Of a stretch of 64,000 nucleotides of DNA, positions 53,051 through 64,000 are shown in pieces; the stretch's first letter is position 1, and every line of letters starts with the position of its first letter. Both the position numbers and the translations under genes were made by a program. The notes beneath the pieces are model-generated. The model ran no database searches, was not told the DNA's origin, and worked only from the letters and a program-made list of their open reading frames with translations. Origin of the DNA: Eledone cirrhosa (lineage: Eukaryota); NCBI GenBank assembly GCA_964016885.1, contig OZ024740.1, forward strand, positions 277,636,001 to 277,700,000, in the 5' to 3' direction.

Positions 53051-53976
53051 ACTACTTGGTAAGGAGATGAGGTCTGTGATCTTGTTGATCGATTCTACTT
53101 CACAGACATTATACAGCTCAATACAATAATATTTGCTGACATAAAAGCACCACTCTACTAGAGTAGGGTTCATAGAGAGTTAATTTAGATCGCCGTGTGA
53201 CATGCCAGGAACAGCAATCAAATCCCTCTATAATAATCTCTTGTCTTAAAACGGATAAGGAGACATCGGATAGACAATTGCAACGTTTATAGAAAATACG
53301 TTTAGTTAGAATGTCTTGGATTAAAGGCTGGGTTGTTCTGGTTTGACACGGTGCTAAATAATCACAAAATCAACTCATCCAAAAAGCTATTTGAACTGTG
53401 AAAACTTTCTAATGTGCATCAATTGCATGCATCAAATACATACACACACATACACACATACACACACATATTATATATACAAACGTGAAAAATGCGCGCT
53501 ATTCGAAGAATGTATGTGATAATACATGAATTGTACAACACTATATTTCATGTACTGTGATCTCTCAACAGTTAAATTATGGCTTGTTGTGGTATGCCTA
53601 TATTTATCTAACATGGTTCTGGTTCGTTTATTGTATTTCTAACGAAAGTAAAGGCAACAAGGTATTTACCTTTTATTTTCAATGTAGCTAATGTAAAACC
53701 GTTCAGTGGAAGTAAACTCTTGCACATATGAATGTGTCATTAACTTTTACTTCTCGATGGTAGTAATTTCATTTGATGTTTACATATGTTTATGACAACA
53801 ACTCGCAAAAAGACACGTTTCTCTAATGTCTTTTTATGATACGCTATAGAACGTTATATGGACAGATGAAATACTAATGCGCGACAAAACATGGATGATA
53901 GCATAAGTATAATATGAACAATGTATGGTACCCCTGTTTACGTATCTCAATCATAAAATTGCGTGACAAATTGTAA

Positions 53977-54103
<127 letters not shown>

Positions 54104-54301
54104 TATCCGTCGTTTGTATGTGTGTGATTCCATGGTTATGTGTGTTTGAAGGAGATGTATGTGTAATTGTCATTTTTACAGAAAGCTTCCATTTAGGAAA
54201 GCAATTTACGCTTCTATATAAATAATTATAGAGTCTAAAATGTAAAGGGGAAAGCCAACAGAGTGATTGATAGTAAAAGCTAAATAACTTTTTCATATTA
54301 G

Positions 54302-54351
54302 ATCATTTTGCGGGGGAGGGAAGGTGGAGCTTATCCAGCATTGCAAAGCAG
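54302..54351 (+). CDS. Possible host exon (50 nt), product unknown
   Basis: Acceptor tttttcatattag and donor CAG|gtaaag. Frame [16 protein letters not shown] joins in phase to 56101. Confidence 0.35.
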
Positions 54352-54889
54352 GTAAAGTGACTGCATCAATAATTGTCAGATGGCTTACACAACCTTATCT
54401 AACAACTGATTTATGTCAACATATGCGCTTGAACAAATTTAGTGAATAAAACCAATTGTGATCATTCATTTCCACATTCATCTTCACCAATTTGGTTGTA
54501 GCCACGAATTTAGATGGTCTATTTTAAATGATAACAAAAGCCAAGGGTTTTGTTCAAAATGTCTGAATTGATACTACGCCATAAATAACGTTTAAATTAA
54601 CAATATTCAATGAAAATGCAGGACAATTGTTAACAAACCCTAGACATAATTGCTTGCATGCAATGATATAGTTCAAGAATCCTAAAAGCACTTCCAAGAT
54701 TTCTATTTCTTCATTTTCTATCGATGCCTAGGAAAATTAGAAGTTAATGTGAAACGGACATTTAATCAAATCAATTATAAACATGTACAGTCGAGTACAC
54801 GCACGAATCTACGAAGGAGCCTCTACGCAGCTAGATATGTTAACAAGAGCAAAATCATACTCTACTGCTTTAAGTAAAAAGTAAAAAGG

Positions 54890-55079
54890 TACGAGAGGGT
54901 GTTGAAAAGCTCCTGGCTTTAAGGATATCACGAAAGGATAGAGTTGTTACATTTACGGGAGAGGTAGGACCGCTGAAATAAGTGTGTGAATCTGGACAGT
55001 GAATATGTTGAATAAAATCATAATTGACCATGCTGTATTTTTTTTTTACTTAAAGCCAAAAACTTTTGTATACTATGTA
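54890..55079. mobile_element. Decayed mariner-type MITE
   Basis: Imperfect inverted termini tacgagagggtgttgaaaagctcctggctttaa and ttaaagccaaaaacttttgtatactatgta. Confidence 0.5.
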
Positions 55080-55143
55080 ATCTAAGAATCTTAAAAACAC
55101 AGGGTGCTCATGCATTAAACCCCTATTATTTTATGTCTGATCA

Positions 55144-55337
55144 GGGCAGTGAATTGGCAGTATCGATAGAGCGTCGGACAATATGATTCGATGCTTCGAT
55201 GCATAGAATTACGGCCGTTTACGTTGTGAGTTTAAATCCCGCCGAGGTTAGGTTTGCCTTTCATGCTTACGGGGTGAACAATCGACATTCCCCTTACCTT
55301 CAAATTGCTGACTTTGTGCCTAAAGTAGAAACAATTA
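55144..55337 (+). mobile_element. SINE family A (diverged)
   Basis: Matches the other copies. Confidence 0.75.
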
Positions 55338-56100
55338 TATATCTGATCGAGAAAGGATGACTAAATAACATAACTAAAACCATCACAAGTAGATTTTCAG
55401 TGCGATATATGCTGCTTCTATTTTCTAAGTGAAATAACGTTGTAGTACTTCAACAGGAAAGAACAAAATTGAGACAAATAGGATGTTGGACGTTTAAGAA
55501 AAACAAACTGTGTTATCAGGATGAGTGAGGTGGATAGGCAAGTGGTCCGGCGTGCGGTAGATGGTATCGAGTCAGAGAATCTGGATCTGTCATTGGAACT
55601 GTTATGTGTGTGGAGACGGAGTGTATTTCAGGAATGTGCGTGTCGTTGATTTTTTTCTTTGCGTGGGGGGTGTGTGAGGGAGGTGTATATATGTTTTGTC
55701 CGTGATGACGTGCGTATTTCTGGACGTATTTTGAGTGTGTCTGTGTTTCGGTCTATGCCAGCATTTTTAGGTATCATAAACTGGAGTGTGTGTGTCCATT
55801 GTATGTGTGTACGCATGAGTGAGTGGTTGTACACGTGTGCGTGTGTATGCGTATGCGTGTATGTATGAATGTATGTGTTTGTGAGATTTATCGTGTGTGC
55901 TTGTTTGAGAGTGTTTATGTGGAATATTAGTATATGTGAGTGTAGGCAGCGAAATTGCAGTATCGTCAAAACGTCGAGTAGAATGCTTTGCAGTATTCGT
56001 ATTATCCGAGAACGATGAAAAAAAGCACAAGTCTAGCACTGCAGTCGATTCTTCTTCTATATATCTTTCTTCCATTCTTTCCCTCTCTATCCTTTGCTAG

Positions 56101-56191
56101 AAGAAATCTGCTGTATTCAGACCTGCAAAGGGATTGGCTCTGCAGGATTTAAAACATGCCCTAGAAACGCCATATGTCAATACAGGATTAT
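56101..56191 (+). CDS. Possible host exon (91 nt), product unknown
   Basis: Long polypyrimidine tract ending tttgctag, donor gttagt, open frame KKSAVFRPAKGLALQDLKHALETPYVNTGL. Confidence 0.35.
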
Positions 56192-56221
56192 GTTAGTGTG
56201 TGTGTATGTGTGTGTGTGTGT

Positions 56222-56344
<123 letters not shown>

Positions 56345-56684
56345 TGTGTGTGTGTGTACTAAATGAGAAGAGAGAGATATCTAGAGCTTGTATTACGAAA
56401 TTCCAGTAGATGGATTTCAGAAAGTGATCTGAAAATATGTGGCAGCTATTGGGTGAATAATAAATAGAAGGGTGTGTGATATGCATATCTCACTAAGGAA
56501 CAAATCCATGATGTGTGAAAACAATGGGTTTGGCTGGCAGATTCAAAGGTGCTGTCCTTACAAGTCACTCTGTGTTTTAATGTCGTACGTGTGCCGGTTG
56601 TTTGTCTTTGTGTGTGATTGGGTGTATTTTTCGTTGTCATCAGTCTGTGCGTGTCTCTGAATATATATATATATACATATATAT

Positions 56685-57341
56685 AAGGAAAAAAGATGGA
56701 TCGAAAATGCAACTGTAGTCTTTTTAAAAAATATATATATATTTATTTGGTTCCTTTACCGGTTTCGCAGTTCTTCTGCTTTTCTAAACTAGAGTTGAGA
56801 TGGAGGGTTTGTGGTTTTTCTCACATCTGGTTTGTCTTTGAATGTTACTTGTTTTATATGGAAAAAAGTGGTTCGAAATGCCAGGTTTTTAGAGAAGTAA
56901 TTTGATTGGTTGGTGAATAAGTATAATACATTTCGCGCCAGTTCGCGTTACAAAGTTCTTCAAACAAAGAGGGGGGGGGTCATATATAAGTGAAGTTTGG
57001 TTGGTTGATGCAGTCACGTGAATAAGCACATCACCTTTCGCGCCAGTTTGTGTTTGAATTTTTTTACTTTAAAAAAGTGCTCACGAAGGCTTTTTTTAAA
57101 AATATAATTTGATTGGTTATAAATGAAATTATGACTGTCATGTGAACAAGTTCATTAAATTTTGCGCCCGTATTTGGGAATTTATTTTGTAGCCTTTTAG
57201 AGAATTTTGTGCCAAACAAAAGATAATGGTCAAGAGAGAATTGTTCTGGTTCAGTGAATATGGCTGGTTCGCTGGGGTGCCAGAATTCATACTTTCTATT
57301 GAAATAAAGAAAGTAGAGATATGTATGTTTATTTGTGTGCT

Positions 57342-57372
<31 letters not shown>

Positions 57373-58322
57373 GAATATGATTCTATTAGTAGAAATGGGG
57401 GAGGGAGTTATGTGTGTATGGGTGTTATGTGTGTATGTGTGTGTGTGGGGGGGGAGTATTTATTCGTATTTGTTCTGTTGTATTCTCAGTGGAAAGGTAA
57501 AATGGGAAGACTTGGAATTTGGGTGTCTTATTACTTGCGCATATGTCTAGATGTGCACAAACCCACAACAAAAATGTGGTCGCTCTAATTGTGGAACCTA
57601 CACTCACCTCATTGAAGGTAACACGTATACATTTCAATCAGGACAACATTTTGCTGTAAAAATTCACTTCACTTGCTCATCAAAAAATCTACTTTATACC
57701 ATTAAACGTAAAGGATGCAATGAAGATTATATAGGACAAACTAAACTCACACTCAGAAACAGAATGACAGTTCATCGCCAACAATTACGAGATCCAACCA
57801 CGGCACAGATACCACTAAGTGCACATCTAGACATATGCGCAGGTAATAAGACACCCAAATTCCAAGTCTTCCCATTTTACCTTTGCGCTAACAATACAAC
57901 AGAACAAATACGAATCAATAAGGAAAATATGTTTATTCAAAAGTATAGACCAGCATTAAATATAATTTAATATATATTATGTCAACACCATAACATTCTA
58001 ACCATCAAAACAGACACATGCATACACACACACACACTTAACACCTACTTTAGAAAATAAAAACTAAATAAACCGTAACATACGTTAATACTCTATCACC
58101 TTAACATGCTACCCACACCCCCCACACACACATAACTCCGTCCCCATTTCTACTAACGGAATCATTTCCCTACACACACAAAAAAAATATATATATATAT
58201 ATTCTCTCCATCTTAACATGCTAACCATACTCCCACACACATATACACACAAACACATAACACCCACACACACACACACACACACAACTCCCTCCCCTAT
58301 TTCTAATAATAGAATCACATTC

Positions 58323-58359
<37 letters not shown>

Positions 58360-59240
58360 ATATATATTCTCTCCATCTTAACATCCTAACCATACTCCCA
58401 CACATACACACACACACACACACAACTCCCTCCCCCATTTCTACTAATAGAATAATCTTCCTACACACACACACACAAGCACACAAATAAACATACATAT
58501 CTCTACCTTCTTTATTTCAATAGAAAGTCTGAATTATGAGACACTCCAGCGACCCAGCCATATTCACTGAACCAGAACAATTCTCCCCATCCCATTTCTC
58601 TTGACCATTATCTTTTGTTTGATACAAAATTCTCTAAAGAGCTACAAAATAAATTCCCAAATATGGGTGCGTTTTTAATTAATTTGTTCACGTGACAGTC
58701 ATAATTTCATTTATAACCAATCAAATTACATTTAAAAAAAAAAGCCTTCGTGAGACACTTTTTATAAGTAAAAAGAAATTCAAACACAAACAGGCGCGAA
58801 AGGTGATGTGCTTATTCACGTGACTGCATCAACCAACCAAACTTCACTCATATATGAAAAAACAACCTGACCGCTCCCCACCCCCCTCTTTGTTTGAAGA
58901 ACTTTGTAACGCGAACTGGCGCGAAATGCATTATACTTATTCACCAACCAATCAAATTACTTCTCTAAAAACCTGGCATTTCGAGCCACTTTTTTTCCAT
59001 ATAAAACAAGTAACATTCAAAGACAAACCAGATGTGAGAAAAACCACAGACCCTCCATCACAACTCTAGTTTTTAAAAGCAGAAGAACTGCGAAACCGGT
59101 AAAGGAACCAAATAAATATATATATATTTTTTAAAAGACTCCAGTTGCATTTTCGATTTCATCTTTTTACCTTAAACTTTCACTCGTGTAGGACACCTCG
59201 GTTATTTTTCATTTTAAAAAAAACCTCACTTTCTAATACA
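56685..59240 (+). mobile_element. 5'-truncated Neptune-like PLE with a large inverted upstream copy of its 3' end
   Basis: 56685-57557 is the reverse complement of ~57819-59172, with loss of part of the repeat-rich UTR. The right arm has a ~65-nt tail and contains a GIY-YIG ORF. Confidence 0.85.
57551..57970 (+). pseudogene. PLE GIY-YIG endonuclease fragment
   Basis: KCGRSNC linker, then FTCSSKNLLYTI..KGC.EDYIGQT...RMTVH, ending E..FI....PALN. Confidence 0.85.
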
Positions 59241-59242
59241 TA

Positions 59243-60129
59243 CGGGGTGTGTCTGAAATGTTCCAAGACTGATGTCACAAAAGATTTATTTAAAACACAA
59301 ACTTCACACTAAGAGTTTTCACTTTCAAAGTAATCCCCCTGGTGTCTAATGCACTTTTCCATCTTTTTCTGCCACGCTTGCATGCACTCCTGGAAGGATT
59401 CTTCCGGGATCCTCCGCAGTTCTGTCGTCACGGCCTTTTTGATGTCGTCCCCGTCTTCAAAACGGGTCTTCTCCGGGTCGTACTCGAAGATCCATAACTC
59501 ATCACCGGTGATGACTGTCCCTAGCAAGTCTGGTTCGGTTTCAAGACGCTCGAGGATGTCCTGGCATACTTGCATGCGTCGACCCTTCTGGTCATCGTTC
59601 AGCTGTTTTGGCACCATCTTCGCGCAGACTTTCCGCATGTCCAAATTTTCTGTGAGAATCTTCCAGACGCTGTCCCGATTCATGCCCAGCTCATTTGCCA
59701 TCAGTTGAACAGTCAGCCGACGATCGCTACTGCACCCTCTGCCTGACGCGCTCAACGTTAACCTCAGTCCTGGTTGTTGAGGGCCTTCCGCCCCTGGCTT
59801 CATCTTGCATCACTCAAAAGCACGTGAGCGTGACATCGTCTCATCTCCATACACTTGCTGCTGTAATCCCAGTGCTTCTGACGGAGTTTTCCCCAACCGT
59901 ACCAGACACTTCAAGTTTGTTCGTTGCTCTGTGCTCATTGCTTAACGATCTGAAACAGAGGACATGTATATAAAATTATGAAGAAAAAGGTTTGATCGCT
60001 GCAGAGAGCTAAGATTACAGTTACATACTCCAGGGGGATTACTTTGAAGGAGAAAACTCTTAGTGTGAAGTGTGGGTTTGAAATAAATCTTTTGTGACAT
60101 CAGTCCTGGAACTTTTCTGACACACCTCG
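59243..60129 (-). mobile_element. Internally deleted mariner element with ~100-bp inverted ends and TA flanks
   Basis: MSTEQRTNLK start at 59938, GRP motif, KMVPKQL, ITGDE.W.FEYDPE fused directly to RFE...C...GDYFE. Inverted ends are 59243-59343 and ~60030-60129. Confidence 0.9.
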
Positions 60130-60146
60130 TATATATATATATATAT

Positions 60147-61588
60147 AGTTAAAGAAAGAAGAGTAACATGGGATTGGCTATACAATTAGGTCTTTATTTA
60201 AAGTACTGACAATTGTTTCGTTGATCAGGTGTGTCTAGAGTTTGCTAATCGCTTGAGGTTGCGTCAATCGATCTCCAATACCATTGTTTACCACTTGTCA
60301 ACACATCAGTGTATGTAGATATGAAAATAATTCACTCGAAGCAAGACTTATATAGAAAAAACAGCGTAAAACCAAAACAATAACATCAATAATAAAATAG
60401 CGTATAATTAAAACAATAACATCAATAATAAAACATGTATGGTAAATAGATAGAGAAGTTATAGATGTAAAAAGTAAAAAGTAAAATATAAGATAGGGTA
60501 CATTAAAAATAGTAAGAACATGAGGAAATGGAAAATATAACGAAATAAATAAGTGAGAAAGTGCAAGTAGATATTATTAGTTTTTGAGTAAGTGTTTTTA
60601 TAAGGATTCGTTGGTGCTAACATGATAAACCAGATTTGAAATGTAGATAAATACGTGTAGAGGGTCCGATAAAAGAAAAGACAATGAATTAGAGATTAAT
60701 TGATGTATACATGTATTATATTTATTGGATAGGGATGACGGGACGTTTGATAGACGATTGTTGTAAATGTTTTGCTGATTGTTCTATCTTAATGGGGTTG
60801 ATGGAGAAAGGGTGCAAGAAGTGTATATAGATTTATGATCCAGTGAACAGTTGGCAGTTTGATAGCTAATAGCGGTGCGATGTTGTTAATTTTATATGTT
60901 AAAATCTATTACTAATTTTGGGATTGCTGGTTCAAATCATGGTGGTTTGAAGTTCTTTTAGCTATTTTATGCCTAGAAAATAGATCTTTCTATTTTACTG
61001 TTAAGCAGCATCCTATCGTACCTTAAAATATGTAGTAGTTCTAAATTACAAAGCCCGTAGTGGGACATACCGTTGCTGTAGGCTTTTGCTACCGATAATT
61101 TCGACCAGCTAATATTATATTCTAGGTTTTTGTCCTTAAGATGCCAGATTTTATTGGCGAGTGTTGTAGAGTTCTCCAGTGCACGGTTCTTCATGGAGCT
61201 TCTTAAACTCCCCAGCTGTGGACCCTATGTAGTGCCAGGTAGATTTGCCTGAACTCACAGTACACAGGTATACCATACTCGAATCCAGGCATCTATTCCG
61301 TAGTGGGCACTTATCTGGTAGGTGGCAATTACAATTTGAGGTTTTATTTTGTGCAGGTTCGTCGTTGCGGTTTTGTAAGTTGTTGTGGGTTGGTTGTGAT
61401 TTTGGCCTGTTACTCTTCTTTCTTTAACTATTATTACTCCAAGTATAACCAGAATAGAAATTACCGCGATCTCGCTGCATAACTATGGAAATATCTTGTT
61501 GAGTCAAACAAAGCCGTACGTTAAAACTATCCACCACGCGGAGTACTCATAACCTCTAACTGGGTTACCTATAACGATAACATGTTAT

Positions 61589-61592
<4 letters not shown>
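60147..61592 (-). mobile_element. 5'-truncated Naiad-like PLE (GIY-YIG end and 3' UTR) with a short inverted arm and tail
   Basis: Minus strand reads CNCHLPDKCPL..CL...VY...YIGST...STTLANKIW.LK...LCNLE. 60147-60170 is inverted at ~61407-61430, followed by ~160 nt and then (TA)n. A decayed hammerhead (CTGATGT gttga...tcaac GAAA caattg TC) lies at ~60203-60315. Confidence 0.85.
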
Positions 61593-61621
<29 letters not shown>

Positions 61622-61626
<5 letters not shown>

Positions 61627-61962
61627 GCCCCCACTCGGTCACGAATGACCATGGTTTTGCACCTAGAAAGTTTCCCCTCTGAGGCACAAGCCTGGGCAAG
61701 GTTTGTTTTGTGGAAGACCAGTAGTCGCCCATGCATACCAGCCTCCCCTCTCCACGCCACCGATGTTGTCCAAGGGAAAGGCAATGACCGATACAGCTTG
61801 GCACCAGTGGCGTCGCAACTCCTTTCTACAGCTGAGTAAACTGGAGCAACGTGAAATAAAGTGTCTTGCTCAAGGACACAACGCATCATCCGGTCTGAGA
61901 ATCGAACTGACAACCTCTCAATTGCAAGCCCAATGCTCTAACCACTAAGCCATGCGCCTTCA
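61622..61962 (-). mobile_element. Full-length SINE family B in (TA)n
   Basis: tRNA-like head (tggcttagtggtt, gttcgattct), CORE-like segment and 3' tail. Confidence 0.85.
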
Positions 61963-61981
61963 CTTATATAGATTTTATTTG

Positions 61982-62794
<813 letters not shown>

Positions 62795-62839
62795 ATATAA
62801 ATGGATACAGTTTAGTTAAAAGGAATTTATTGACACGCC

Positions 62840-62876
<37 letters not shown>

Positions 62877-62878
62877 TG

Positions 62879-62991
62879 AAGGCGCATGGCTTAGTGGTTA
62901 GAGCATTGGGCTTGCAATTGAGAGGTTGTGAGTTCGATTCTCGGACCGGGTGATGCGTTGTGTCCTTGAGCAAGACACTTTATTTCACGTT
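62879..62991 (+). mobile_element. 5' part of SINE family B
   Basis: Near-identical inverse of ~61848-61965. Confidence 0.85.
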
Positions 62992-63089
62992 ATATATATA
63001 TATATATATATATACAAAGAAAATACAGAGTTACTAACTCATATTGATACTCTGCAATTAACAAGCTCAAAGTATAAATACTGACCATT

Positions 63090-63190
63090 CGAGGTTAACT
63101 TTGCCTTTCATCCTTACGGGGTCGATAAAATAAAATAGCAGTAATACACTGGAATAATTGCTGGCTTTGTGCCAAAAAGGAGAAACAATT
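63090..63190 (+). mobile_element. 5'-truncated SINE family A
   Basis: Central domain and tail only. Confidence 0.75.
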
Positions 63191-63341
63191 ATATAATAAT
63201 ATATGTAGAAATAAACACAGTAAATTGTGTGTCTAAAATTACGAGGGTTGAAATACATCGGTTTGATAAATTTCACCTGAAGCAAATGGAAGATATAGAA
63301 TATATATACAGACCGTCTCAATAACTATTTCATCTCTCGGA

Positions 63342-63697
63342 CAGATTAAAGATTTAATCTGTTTCGCCCTGAAAATTGTGTTTGTGTTTGTAACAGATAA
63401 TCCGTAGGCGAGAAATAAGATCAAATGGAACAAACACATACAAGTGGTGTGAGTGGATATGCTAAAAATAATAGCCTTAACACACCCAAATTATAAGCTC
63501 ACCTTGTTATGCTAGTATTAAAGCTATTATTTTTAGCATATCCACTCACACCACTTCTAACGTCCAGCGCACGAGGTGAGATTTTCATTCGTGTGGCTTT
63601 CAGTTGTATGTGTTTGTTCCATTTGATCTTATCTCTCGCTGGATTATCTGTTACAAACACAATTTTCAGGGAGAAACAGATTAAATCTCTAATCTAA
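63342..63697. repeat. Fold-back inverted repeat (MITE-like or inverted terminal repeat)
   Basis: 63342-63481 and ~63517-63697 are reverse complements, with a ~50-bp indel. Confidence 0.75.
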
Positions 63698-63872
63698 TAG
63701 TTTTTATATATTTTATACTTTTTTTATATATGTGTATATACGTATATGTCTATATATATGTATATGAGTGTGTGTGTATGTATTTTCTATATATGTACGT
63801 GTTTATGACAAGATGCATCCTTTCATGTCTGACCCATTGTGTATCTTTATATGACTTTGTGTATATTCTATT

Positions 63873-63918
<46 letters not shown>

Positions 63919-64000
63919 TATATATATATATATTTATTTATTTATGCGTGAGTGAGTGTGTATGTGAATATGCGCATATTTGTAAGAGTGTATATGAGCC

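Noticed and set aside
62879-62960. tRNA gene
   Set aside because: The tRNA-like head continues into a CORE-like SINE body and has no proper acceptor stem. The same applies to the other SINE heads.

Overview
AT-rich, microsatellite-saturated eukaryotic DNA. The SINE families resemble those I recall from octopod cephalopods. I see no intact host gene, only two or three tentative + strand exons. The window is mostly decayed mobile elements: an I/Ingi-like LINE 3' end (RT, RNase H, zinc finger), five Penelope-like element (PLE) ORF remnants (four Naiad-like, one Neptune-like), a disrupted Rep-helicase Helitron plus two small non-autonomous Helitrons, mariner, Chapaev3-like and piggyBac-like DNA elements, Tx1/L1, RTE and CR1-like fragments, and many tRNA-derived SINEs. 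The main unexplained structure is a very young array at 45499-48416: four full ~530-bp non-coding units, a partial fifth unit and an inverted terminal copy, all inserted in (TA)n. Each full unit and the inverted copy carry a type I hammerhead ribozyme, which makes this a candidate PLE-mobilised retrozyme. Other hammerhead-bearing PLE terminal repeats occur as head-to-head inverted insertions in (TA)n tracts, and some are reduced to ~50-bp remnants made of the two ends only. All structures and family calls were made by eye, without database searches or folding software.
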